DNA of 64,000 nucleotides from an uncultured Parafilimonas sp. (GTDB lineage Bacteria > Bacteroidota > Bacteroidia > Chitinophagales > Chitinophagaceae), in NCBI GenBank assembly GCA_937892395.1, contig CALAGJ010000111.1:2039-66038 (forward strand), written 5' to 3'. A program made the position numbers and the translations under genes. Below, in pieces: positions 29,303 to 38,359 of this stretch (the stretch's first letter is position 1; each line of letters begins with the position of its first letter). A model generated the notes under the pieces. That model made no database searches. It was not told the DNA's origin and was given only the letters and a program-made list of their open reading frames with translations.

Positions 29303-30187
29303 TCAACAAATAGCATCTGCACATGCTACAAATTGCTGTCGATACTGTGTGGGTGATGTACCGATAAATTTTTTAAATGTGCGATTAAAAGAAATTACAT
29401 TTTGAAATCCGGTGTGGTAAGCTATTTCAGATATTCTATAATCTTTGTTTAAAATAAGTTTACATGCTTCTTTGATTCTTATTTCTGTGAGATAGGAATA
29501 GTAAGTTCTATTGGTTTGTTTTTTGAAGTATTTGCAGAAATTAGAAACACTCATATTTACTATTGCAGCTACTTTGCATAATAAAATTTCGTTTGAAAAA
29601 TTTTGCTTTGTGTATTGGTGTATTTTATGAATTCTGCTTCCATTCATTTCAGTATCCAAAAAACTTACTGATTTATCCGATAGTATCACAAGTCCTGAAG
29701 GCTGCTTACTGATATAGTCAATCAATTGAAAAAGATTCAGCAATGCAGCAAATCTATTCGCTCCCTTTAGTTGTGTCATCTTTTGAAAGATGAACTCCTT
29801 TTGCAGACCTGTAATTTGTAAGCTTTGTGCTGCATTCAACAAAAACTTACTAATGTGCAAAAATTCAGGTATTTGATTCAGTGCATTCAAGAGACCTGCA
29901 TGATCAAAAAGCAGGTGAATAAAAAACGGAGGTTCGCTTGATGTAGACTGTGCATCAAACATGTGTGCCTGATTAGCACCTATTACAAAAAGGTCTCCAG
30001 CTTTAAATGGATATTTGGTGTTTTCAATATGCAGTAACCCATGCCCAGATACGATTAAAGTAATTTGTGTTTCTTTATGATAATGATAGGTACTAAATCC
30101 GTAGGAAAAAGAATCATCAAGAATAAAGCAGGTTTGTGCGGCTGTTGTGGTAAGAAATAACTGAGGTGCTTGTATTGGCATGGTCAT
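29303..30187 (-). CDS. AraC-family transcriptional regulator (cupin sensor + HTH)
   Basis: 294 aa. Has an N-terminal cupin-like half. The C-terminal AraC HTH shows VAAIVNMSVSNFCKYFKKQT and IAYHTGFQNVISFNRTFKKFIGTSPTQYR. Confidence 0.88.
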   Translation of the reverse strand: MTMPIQAPQLFLTTTAAQTCFILDDSFSYGFSTYHYHKETQITLIVSGHGLLHIENTKYPFKAGDLFVIGANQAHMFDAQSTSSEPPFFIHLLFDHAGLLNALNQIPEFLHISKFLLNAAQSLQITGLQKEFIFQKMTQLKGANRFAALLNLFQLIDYISKQPSGLVILSDKSVSFLDTEMNGSRIHKIHQYTKQNFSNEILLCKVAAIVNMSVSNFCKYFKKQTNRTYYSYLTEIRIKEACKLILNKDYRISEIAYHTGFQNVISFNRTFKKFIGTSPTQYRQQFVACADAIC

Positions 30188-30283
30188 GGCGTTTTAAAAT
30201 TATTATAAAAATCGTGCAATATTTTTGCGCAATCGGTTGACTGATTTTGTTTTTTTAATAAATAGCACTTATTTACAATTAAA

Positions 30284-31109
30284 TTAGATTGTTTGCAAAA
30301 AATACAAACATTTGTTAGGAAAAAATATATAAAAATCCACTACAAATGTGAGTATGCTTTTTTCTACAGAACTTTGATTGGGCAAAAAAGATAGCAAACA
30401 TATAATCAGGAATAGGCAGGCAGACAGCAATGCTGAAATAAAACTAACGATTCTTCCGGGTAAATCTTTTATAGGATTTTGTTGGCGAAAAAGTTTTGGC
30501 TGTGTTATACTAATACCCTTTAGCGTGGAGGCAAAGAGTGGACCGGCTACAATCACAGTCGGTATTGCAATGAGTAAGCCATAGAATAAAACTTTGCCGG
30601 GTGAAGCATTGTTTTGGGCACAAAAAGCTATTGGAGATGGTTGAGGTGGCAATAACCCATGAGTAACTGAAAGTGCTGCCAGCATTGGAATGCTGATGAC
30701 GAATGCATGAGTACCAGTTCTATAAATGATAGTGAAAGCGAGTGGCACTAGCAAAACAAAACCCACGTTATAAAATAATGGAATTCCAACTATGAAACCC
30801 TAATCAGCATGCCCCATTGAAGGTATCTTGCACCAAACAAATGAATGAATGCAGTTGAAATACTTTGTGCTGCACCAGATTCTGCAACTAGTTTTCCAAA
30901 CATGGCACCCAAAGTAATGACAACAGCAAGCTCACCCAACATAGCACCAAAACCGGTTTTTATAGAACCTGTAATTTTACCTAATGGAATGCCTAATAAC
31001 AAACCACCTATTACGGACACAATCAAAAACGACAGAAATGGATGCACTTTACCCAAGCAATGAGAATAGGAAGGACAAGCAAAATAACAGTAAGTATCAA
31101 CAACAGCAT
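30284..31109 (-). pseudogene. gntP: decayed GntP-family (gluconate:H+ symporter) permease gene
   Basis: Three frames together reconstruct the N-terminal half of a GntP permease. The pieces are MLLLILTVILLVLPILIAWVK (ATG 31109), then VHPFLSFLIVSVIGG...GSIKTGFGAMLGELAVVITLGAMFGKLVAESGAAQ...YLQWGMLI, then GFIVGIPLFYNVGFVLLVPLAFTI...PMLAALSVTHGLLPPQPSP...LFYGLLIAIPTVIVAGPLF. Frameshifts lie near 31045 and 30800. The C-terminal ~200 aa are absent. Confidence 0.85.
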
Positions 31110-31177
31110 ATTGTCGTCGTATTAGCCAATAGTTCATTAAATTTACTAGAACATTTATCTTAATTTACAAACCATTT

Positions 31178-31885
31178 CTATCTTTTAAATAGCCTTGTTT
31201 CTATTTTCTTAATGATATCATCTCTGTACGATTTGCCCAAAGGAAGTTTAAGTGTACCCATCAGTATTTCATTAGAATCTATAGCATCCACGGCTTGTAC
31301 ATTTACTATATAGGATTTATGAATGCGAAAAAATAAATCGCCAGGGAGTTTTTCTTCAATTCCTTTAAAGGTCAGATATGCTACATACTTTCGAAGGGCT
31401 GTGTGTATCACTACATAATTACTCATACTTTCTATATACTTAATCTCTGCGGTTGTTATTTTTTCCAATTTTTGATTGACCTTAATAAAGAAAAAATCTG
31501 TATTCGCATTGATTACAGTAGGGGATTTTTTTTGAAGAAACTCCTGTGCTTTTAATGCGGCTTTAAAAAATCTGGAGAAGCTAATGGGTTTCAATAAATA
31601 ATCCAATACCTCCAATTCAAAACCTTCTATGGCATATTGTGGATAGGCAGTTGTAAAAATAACTAAAGGAGGATTGGACAATGACTTTAAGAAATCGATG
31701 CCATTTAATTGTGGCATTTGAATATCTAAAAATATTAAGTCAATTGATTCTGTTTTAAGCAGGCTGGCAGCTTCAACCCCATTTTTACATTCTGCCACAA
31801 CAGATAAAAAATCAACTTGTTCTATGTGTTCTATGATACCCTTGCGGGCAATGGGCTCATCATCAATAACAAGGCATTTAATCAT
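31178..31885 (-). CDS. two-component response regulator, LytTR DNA-binding family
   Basis: Has a receiver domain (IKCLVIDDEP...DLIFLDIQMP) and a C-terminal LytTR domain (FFFIKVNQKLEKI...IHKSYIVN). Confidence 0.92.
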   Translation of the reverse strand: MIKCLVIDDEPIARKGIIEHIEQVDFLSVVAECKNGVEAASLLKTESIDLIFLDIQMPQLNGIDFLKSLSNPPLVIFTTAYPQYAIEGFELEVLDYLLKPISFSRFFKAALKAQEFLQKKSPTVINANTDFFFIKVNQKLEKITTAEIKYIESMSNYVVIHTALRKYVAYLTFKGIEEKLPGDLFFRIHKSYIVNVQAVDAIDSNEILMGTLKLPLGKSYRDDIIKKIETRLFKR

Positions 31886-31995
31886 TAAATTTTAATTTAA
31901 GTTTAAGCATTAGTTGATTCTTTAATTAGGAACAAATTAATTAGCAAAAAAGTATTGAAAACAATTCTACTTCATTTGATACTATTCATTAATTT

Positions 31996-33096
31996 TCAGG
32001 ATTGCAAGGAAAATTGATCGGCCGATTCATTCTTTGCAGTATTACTTATTCTAACCGAAGCGTTATACAAACCAATAACTAATATCACCTTAAATCTATT
32101 GTCCTCTTGTTTATTGGTCAATAAATGATTTCCGGGATAGAGTAGCTCCAATCTGCGTTTTAAATTCTTATATCCAATGCCACCACTATTCATCAGTAAT
32201 GCCGTTTTATGGCTTGTATTTTCTGTATTGGTTATTTGCGCTTGCAGTCTTCCTTGTATGTGCTCTAAACGAATATGTATTTCATTTTTTGAAGGCTCTT
32301 TATGATTGGATATATATTTAAAAGCATTCTCAATCAAGGGCTGTATGAGTAAAGGGGCAATATAAGAACCGCTCAATGCTTCGTCAATTTCCAATCGTAT
32401 ATCTGTGCCTTCTTCTAAGCGAAGGCTTTGCATTTGCACATAGTTTTTTATGTACTGCACTTCTCTTTCTATAGCTATTCGGTCATGCACACATTCATAC
32501 AATTGGTAACGCAGCATTTCACTCATTTTTTCAATTGAAGATCTGGCAGGTGCATTGGATTTGTCTATCTGAAAGTATATTGTATTCAACATATTGAACA
32601 GAAAATGCGGATTTATTTGTGCCCTCAAAAAATCAAGTTCTGTGCGCACTTTTTCTTTTTCTAATTTGAATCGGTCAGACATAATTTTAAGACCTCCACC
32701 TATAAAAATACATAACAGATTATTCCATACACCCATATAATAAACGTATAAAATATCCTCCTTTGGAGGAATGACAGATAGCCTGTTATCTACAAAATGA
32801 AGTATGAAGCGGATAAGCAGTATTTGACAGGGTACTAACAATATTAGAAGGAGTAAAAGCCCTGCTATTAATTGAAGATATTTTTTCTGATATAAAAAAC
32901 GGGGTACAAAATAGTATGCCGTTAAGTAAAACGGAATACAGGACGCAAGTGGTACCAATATAGACTGGCCTATATATAATTCATTATTATATGACGTATC
33001 ATAGTCAGTCACATAAAGGAAAAGACCAATCAAACACCAGAAAAAAACATGCAGCAGCTTGTAGTCAAATAACCATTTAGATAAACGAGTATTCAT
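31996..33096 (-). CDS. LytS/YehU-type sensor histidine kinase (membrane, His_kinase + GHKL ATPase)
   Basis: Has four or five N-terminal TM helices. LRAQINPHFLFNMLNTIY is the signature of the LytS-type phospho-acceptor. The C-terminal ATPase shows LIQPLIENAFKY and GGIGYKNLKRRLELLY. The start is set at ATG 33096. Confidence 0.88.
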   Translation of the reverse strand: MNTRLSKWLFDYKLLHVFFWCLIGLFLYVTDYDTSYNNELYIGQSILVPLASCIPFYLTAYYFVPRFLYQKKYLQLIAGLLLLLILLVPCQILLIRFILHFVDNRLSVIPPKEDILYVYYMGVWNNLLCIFIGGGLKIMSDRFKLEKEKVRTELDFLRAQINPHFLFNMLNTIYFQIDKSNAPARSSIEKMSEMLRYQLYECVHDRIAIEREVQYIKNYVQMQSLRLEEGTDIRLEIDEALSGSYIAPLLIQPLIENAFKYISNHKEPSKNEIHIRLEHIQGRLQAQITNTENTSHKTALLMNSGGIGYKNLKRRLELLYPGNHLLTNKQEDNRFKVILVIGLYNASVRISNTAKNESADQFSLQS

Positions 33097-33147
33097 ATTT
33101 CTGAATTGATGCAAACATCCTTCAATTGCATGACAAGGCAATTTTTT

Positions 33148-33199
33148 TTGTCAAGTAAAAACAGTTGTTTGTCAAGTATTTTTTATCACTTGTCAAGTA
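33148..33199 (+). promoter_or_regulatory. three perfect TTGTCAAGTA direct repeats with 21-bp phasing (predicted LytTR operator)
   Basis: Repeats at 33148-33157, 33169-33178 and 33190-33199. They lie in the divergent region between the kinase gene (33096, -) and the PPC-repeat gene (33262, +). Confidence 0.7.
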
Positions 33200-33226
33200 C
33201 AGCAAAAGGGTACAATTTCAGCTATA

Positions 33227-33234
33227 TACATTTG
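33227..33234 (+). promoter_or_regulatory. -7 box TACATTTG for the PPC-repeat gene
   Basis: TAnnTTTG match 27 nt upstream of ATG 33262 and 27 nt downstream of the third direct repeat. Confidence 0.45.
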
Positions 33235-33261
33235 AATTTGATAACAATAAAATCTGTAATT

Positions 33262-36200
33262 ATGCGTAAACATTTACTTTCATTGTTGCTACTTATCATT
33301 GTAAGTAGTAGCACAGCAAGGGCGGCTGAATCAGAGCCCAATGACACATGGAATACTGCGGATGTACTTACCGCAGGAGTTGCTCAAACCGGCACCATTA
33401 CTACATCTTCAGATATTGATTGGTTTAAACTGCGCATCAATCAAGATGGGCAAATTAATTTTTCCGGAGGTGCTACTACGACCGGGTGCCTCACCTTTCA
33501 ATTGTTTGATACATTAGGAACTATTGCCGTAAACGGTACTATCTTTAATTGTGGTGGCATTAGTAATCAGTCCACAAATGGGCTTGCCGCTGGTACTTTT
33601 TATCTGAAGATAATCTCTTCTGACAACAATGTCAATTATTCTTTTACACTCACACTCACAGCTGCTACACCAGCAATTGATACCGAACCCAATAATACTT
33701 TCTCCACTGCTATCACACAAGCACTGAATGGAAGCAACACAGGTCATTTAGGCTACTACTTTAATAATAAAAGAGATAGTATAGACTGGTATAAAATAGT
33801 TACTACTGCCAATGGTGCTTTAAAATTATCTTATACAGGCAATAGCGGCAACTGTGTCTATTTTCAATTGTTCGACAACAATGGTACTACAGCTTTAAAT
33901 GCAGAAGTATTTAATTGCGGAAGTACAAATAATCAGACCACTGATGGGCTTGCCCCAGGCACTTATTATGTAAGAATAAGACAGGGTAGTGGCAATGAAT
34001 TTGTTACTTATACCTTATCCAATAGTTTTATTGCACCTCCGGTGAATACTGACGCAGAGCCCAATAGTACCCGTGCTACAGCCAAAGTAATTCCACTCAA
34101 CGGCTCTGTAAATGGTCATATTGGTTACCGGTCAAACGGTGGATTGAGAGACACTTTAGACTGGTGGAAATTTACCACAAATGTAGCTGGCAAGGTGCAG
34201 ATATTCTATACAGGGAATAGTGGAGATTGTGCCTATTTCCAATTGTTTGACAACAATGCCACAACTGCATTATCTAATGAGGCATTTAACTGTGGCAGCT
34301 CAAATTCTCTTTCAGTCGATGGGCTAAATCCCGGTACCTATTATGTAAGAGTAAGACCTCAAAACAACACAACCAGTTTTGCAACTTACACACTCAAAGA
34401 CACACTCATACTTCCTCCCGTAAGTACTGACCCTGAGTCCAACAACACCGCTGTCCAAGCTGCTACAATAGCACAAAATGGCTCGGTTAATGGACAAATT
34501 GGATATTACTACAACGGTATTAGAGATACTTTGGATTGGTATAAATTGACAACAAATGCAGCAGGTGCTGTGAAGGTATTTTATACAGGCCTCTCCGGTA
34601 GTTGTGCTTACTTCCAGATGTTTGACAACAATACCACTACAGCAGTATCAAACGAAGCGTTTAATTGTGGCAGTACAAATTCTTTTACTGTCGATGGGCT
34701 TAATCCCGGCACCTATTTTATAAGAATAAGACCCGGCGATAATACAAGTCAATATGCTACATACACTTTAAAAGATACACTAATTTTACCGTTGGTGGCC
34801 CCTGATGTAGAACCCAATAATCAGCCAAGCCTTGCTGTTACAAAACTGGTAAATTCAACAGTAACCGGACAAGTAGGTTATTATTACAATGGCGTTAGAG
34901 ACACCGCAGATTGGTATAAAATAAATTTGCCATCCAGCGGCGGACTTCAGCTTCAATATACTGGCAATAGTGGTGGCTGTGCTTATTTTCAACTTTTTGA
35001 TACAGTTATCAATGGCATTCTTGCACCAAGAAATAATGAAGTATTTAACTGCGGAAGCACCAGCACGCAAAATACGGATGGCTTAGCCAATGGTACTTAT
35101 TATGTACGCATACGTCCGGGTACATTAGGTAGCGATATACCTTCTTATACATTAAAAGATACTTTGATTACCCTGCCCCCTGACAATGATAACAAACCAA
35201 ATGACAGACCATTTCAGGGTCAAACACTACCGGCTAACAATACAGTAACGGGCAATATTGGCTATAGTTTTAATGCCATGAGAGATAGTGCTGACTGGGC
35301 TCGTATCAACTACACCGGCTCTGGAAACTTGAACTTACAATTCTCATCACTATCAAGAGCATTTGCAGGGCCAACCTGTTTATATATCAAAGTGTATAGT
35401 GATACGAATGTAGCTCCTATCAATACAACATTCAATTGTGGAAGTACATCAAATATCAATCTTAGCGGGCTTACCCAAGGATATTATTATGTAAAAGTAG
35501 AAACGAGTAATCCTTCTGTCGACTTCGGCCAATACAGTCTTTCTAATTCTTTTGCCGAAGTTAATAAAGCAAGTATAACACTTGTAAGTAGTACACAACC
35601 TACAGATTGCAACCCTACAGGAGTACTAAGGGTGCAGTGTAGCGGAAGCAAAGCACCATATACACTACGCTTATTCCGTTTTGGTGTGTTAGATAGAGTA
35701 GTGCGAATCAACAATACTTCGCCCACAAATATTACAGGCTTATCCAATGGAATATGGACAGGCAGGGTATTTGGAGATGGCGCATCTGATACTGCTTTTG
35801 GTGTATTGGCAGCTGCTATACTTATGCCGGTACCAACGAGTTTAAGCACTACAAATATCACCAGTACACAGGCCAGGCTAAACTTTAGCAACTTTACACC
35901 TTGCATAGATGGCTATGGTATTCAATACAGGAAACTCGGTGACATACCTTGGATATTAGATACTGCCCGCCAGAGTCCATTTACTCTTCGTGGACTTACA
36001 TCGGCTACTACATACCAATGGCGTGTGGCCAGTGCTGATACGGCAAATGGACAAACAGCTGTAAGTGCTTTTTCAGCCATTGCACAGTTTACGACTGCGG
36101 GTTCATTGATGGTGGCGAACGATAGATCCGAAACAGAAAATGAACAAACTGTTGCTGGCTCTATTCAGGTATATCCAAATCCTGCCACACAGTTTTTCTC

Positions 36201-36411
36201 CATTCAATATGCAGGAAAAATAAAAGGAAAAATAGCTTGGACACTTACAGATGTAAATGGCCGTGTAGTACTTTCAAATATGGTAGATGCGGTACAAATC
36301 AGTAGTACCCGCATTTATGTAAACGCATTAGCCAAGGGCATTTATCAATTACAGCTTCGGGGAGCAGATGGAATGATAATAGCCACAGAAAAAGTTATCG
36401 TACAGCGATAG
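33262..36411 (+). CDS. giant exported protein: 6 tandem PPC (pre-peptidase C-terminal)-like domains + Cys-containing Ig-like module + Fn3 + T9SS type-A CTD
   Basis: Signal peptide MRKHLLSLLLLIIVSSSTARA. Six ~122-aa units each carry EPN(D/N)T..A, D.(L/A)DW(Y/F)K, YTGNSG.C.YFQLFDNN, FNCGS and GTYYVRIRP...YTL. These are followed by an Fn3-like segment (TSTQARLNFSN...TTYQWRV) and the CTD (VYPNPATQFFSI...VIVQR). The ORF-track start at 33106 overlaps the divergent kinase gene and is rejected. Confidence 0.85.
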   Translation: MRKHLLSLLLLIIVSSSTARAAESEPNDTWNTADVLTAGVAQTGTITTSSDIDWFKLRINQDGQINFSGGATTTGCLTFQLFDTLGTIAVNGTIFNCGGISNQSTNGLAAGTFYLKIISSDNNVNYSFTLTLTAATPAIDTEPNNTFSTAITQALNGSNTGHLGYYFNNKRDSIDWYKIVTTANGALKLSYTGNSGNCVYFQLFDNNGTTALNAEVFNCGSTNNQTTDGLAPGTYYVRIRQGSGNEFVTYTLSNSFIAPPVNTDAEPNSTRATAKVIPLNGSVNGHIGYRSNGGLRDTLDWWKFTTNVAGKVQIFYTGNSGDCAYFQLFDNNATTALSNEAFNCGSSNSLSVDGLNPGTYYVRVRPQNNTTSFATYTLKDTLILPPVSTDPESNNTAVQAATIAQNGSVNGQIGYYYNGIRDTLDWYKLTTNAAGAVKVFYTGLSGSCAYFQMFDNNTTTAVSNEAFNCGSTNSFTVDGLNPGTYFIRIRPGDNTSQYATYTLKDTLILPLVAPDVEPNNQPSLAVTKLVNSTVTGQVGYYYNGVRDTADWYKINLPSSGGLQLQYTGNSGGCAYFQLFDTVINGILAPRNNEVFNCGSTSTQNTDGLANGTYYVRIRPGTLGSDIPSYTLKDTLITLPPDNDNKPNDRPFQGQTLPANNTVTGNIGYSFNAMRDSADWARINYTGSGNLNLQFSSLSRAFAGPTCLYIKVYSDTNVAPINTTFNCGSTSNINLSGLTQGYYYVKVETSNPSVDFGQYSLSNSFAEVNKASITLVSSTQPTDCNPTGVLRVQCSGSKAPYTLRLFRFGVLDRVVRINNTSPTNITGLSNGIWTGRVFGDGASDTAFGVLAAAILMPVPTSLSTTNITSTQARLNFSNFTPCIDGYGIQYRKLGDIPWILDTARQSPFTLRGLTSATTYQWRVASADTANGQTAVSAFSAIAQFTTAGSLMVANDRSETENEQTVAGSIQVYPNPATQFFSIQYAGKIKGKIAWTLTDVNGRVVLSNMVDAVQISSTRIYVNALAKGIYQLQLRGADGMIIATEKVIVQR
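33328..35553 (+). repeat. intragenic tandem repeat: six ~366-bp units encoding the PPC-like domains
   Basis: Unit boundaries fall at ESEPND, DTEPNN, DAEPNS, DPESNN, DVEPNN and DNKPND. Units 2-5 are also clearly similar at the DNA level (for example TATTT(T/C)CAATTGTT(C/T)GACAACAATG...). Confidence 0.8.
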
Positions 36412-36434
36412 CATAGTTACAGTGCTAATTTAGG

Positions 36435-36460
36435 CGGCCCGCTTTTGCGGGCCGTTTTGT
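36435..36460 (+). terminator. rho-independent terminator
   Basis: Perfect 8-bp GC stem CGGCCCGC-TTTT-GCGGGCCG followed by TTTTGTT. It starts 24 nt after the stop at 36411. Confidence 0.88.
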
Positions 36461-36732
36461 TGGATATTGGAGGTATTGGATTTTTGTTTTTCTGATAATT
36501 AGGTTAAAGTGTCTGCAATTAGTTGCTTTATATCTTCAACCTCTAATAGTTTATGCCAACTGTTTATTGTTGCTGTCCAAAAGTAAATGAGGCCAATTTT
36601 TATGTAGGACTTCCGCCGCTGTTAGAAATGATTATCTTCCATATTTGTGTTATCTATTTCCGAGTAAAGTTAATGATAAGTTGATGACAGGTTCGTGAGT
36701 ACACGAGCCACGACCAGTAGGGGTTCATGTTG

Positions 36733-37135
36733 TTACGAACCATTGCGAAGTGAATTCTGACTCAAGTTATACGTGTTGCAATACACATAATAATAATCTT
36801 TTGTGAATTCATCAGCAAATGGGCCATTATTTACCCTGTGGGCAGAAAGGGAATTTATTAATTCTATGCTGTTCAATTTGCCGTCTGTCCGTAGTACTGA
36901 TATACTGTTTTGCAATTCTATTTTCAGGATTTCTGTCGAGAGTGTAAAGAACAAATAAGAAAGTCCATTCAAATGGTTTCATTAGTATATAAATAAAATC
37001 AGAAACAAACTTTTTATTAAAAATGTAGTAATACCGATGAATGTGGTACCCTACTTTATTGTATTGTCGCCTGACTAATCTGTGTAAGCAGGGAAATCTT
37101 TCTTGAATGAGTTCTTCAAAGGCATTTGATATCAA
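36733..37135 (-). CDS. hypothetical protein; two overlapping frames, possibly a frameshifted remnant
   Basis: ORFs 36827-37135 (102 aa, hydrophobic centre FVSDFIYILMKPFEWTFLFVLYTL) and 36733-36972 (79 aa) overlap in different frames. I recognised no family, and coding status is uncertain. Confidence 0.25.
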
Positions 37136-37309
37136 TAATTGTCTGTTGCAAATTATATGGTGTCCTTTTCTAAATTTGCAATGACATGCTGTTATTCTCT
37201 ATATCAGGATGGCAATTGAATTGAAATTTGCCTCCTCATAGGAGTGCTGGCCAGACTACAATTTTATATTTCAAACCCCCTTTTTTGGAAACCTTATTAC
37301 TATGGATCA

Positions 37310-37336
37310 ATCATTCCCGCAGGGGTAAAATAATAA
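37310..37336 (+). repeat. short dispersed hairpin motif, family B, copy 2
   Basis: ATCATTCCCGCAGGGGTAAAATAATAA. Nearly identical to 16331-16357. Confidence 0.6.
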
Positions 37337-37469
37337 TTCTTTAAATTTTTTGGCTATTGCTTCTTTCAGAGTTTGGGCTGTCAGCTTAAGACGGGTAGGT
37401 AGTTTAATTATTATTTTTACTTTACATTACAATGGCTTTGCCGATTTTCGCTGATATCAAAAATGTTTT

Positions 37470-38345
37470 ATGCAAAGAATAGCTGAAAGTGAACTCATCA
37501 TTAATGCGAGGGGTGCGGTATATCATTTGGATTTGCATCCTGATGAATTGGCCCCTACTGTTATAACCGTAGGCGACCCAGATAGGGTGCAGGAAGTGAG
37601 CAAACATTTTGATGCTATTGAGGTAAAATGTAAGCATAGAGAATTTGTGACGCATACAGGAAGGCTTGGTCACAAAAGGATTTCTGTAGTTTCTACAGGC
37701 ATTGGGCCGGATAATATTGATATTGTTCTGAATGAATTGGATGCATTGGCAAATATTGATTTTGAAACCAGGATGATAAAAACGCAACTAAAATCTTTAC
37801 AAATTATAAGATTGGGTACTAGTGGTGCATTGCAAGATTATATAAGCGTTGACAGCTTTGTGGCATCTACACATGCCATTGGTTTGGATAACCTGATGCA
37901 CTACTATCACTTAGAAAATAATGATGCAGAAAAGGCAATACTGCAGCATTTTATAACAGATAGCCATTTGGATGCCGCACCTTCGATGCCTTATATAACC
38001 AGTGCTTCCACAAATATGCTGAAGCATTTTGCAAGTGGCTATCATCACGGTATAACGGTGACCTGTCCAGGATTTTATGGTCCGCAGGGTAGGGTACTGC
38101 GCTTGGGTTTGAAGTATGCCGGATTAATAGATAGATTTACAGATTTTAGATTTGGGAATCATATCATATCCAATTTTGAAATGGAAACCAGTGCTATCTA
38201 TGGCTTAGGTGCATTGACGGGTCATAGCTGCCTTAGCCTGAGTGCTATTGTAGCCAACAGAGTTAGAAAGGAATTTTCAAAAGATGGACATGCTGCTGTG
38301 GGGCAATTGATTGAAAAGAGTTTATCCATTATTGAGCAGATATAG
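37470..38345 (+). CDS. nucleoside phosphorylase (PNP_UDP_1 family; uridine/purine nucleoside phosphorylase-like)
   Basis: Contains VITVGDPDRV, RLGTSGAL and FEMETSAIYGL, the phosphate- and ribose-binding motifs of family-1 nucleoside phosphorylases. Confidence 0.8.
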   Translation: MQRIAESELIINARGAVYHLDLHPDELAPTVITVGDPDRVQEVSKHFDAIEVKCKHREFVTHTGRLGHKRISVVSTGIGPDNIDIVLNELDALANIDFETRMIKTQLKSLQIIRLGTSGALQDYISVDSFVASTHAIGLDNLMHYYHLENNDAEKAILQHFITDSHLDAAPSMPYITSASTNMLKHFASGYHHGITVTCPGFYGPQGRVLRLGLKYAGLIDRFTDFRFGNHIISNFEMETSAIYGLGALTGHSCLSLSAIVANRVRKEFSKDGHAAVGQLIEKSLSIIEQI

Positions 38346-38359
38346 GCTTTGGCTGGTGC

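Noticed and set aside
33106-33261. 52-codon N-terminal extension of the PPC-repeat ORF (ORF-track start 33106)
   Set aside because: It would overlap the longer ORF-track reading of the divergent kinase gene. It also translates the operator repeats (…LSSKNSCLSSIFYHLSS…). The internal ATG 33262 is followed by a canonical signal peptide and preceded by a -7 box.
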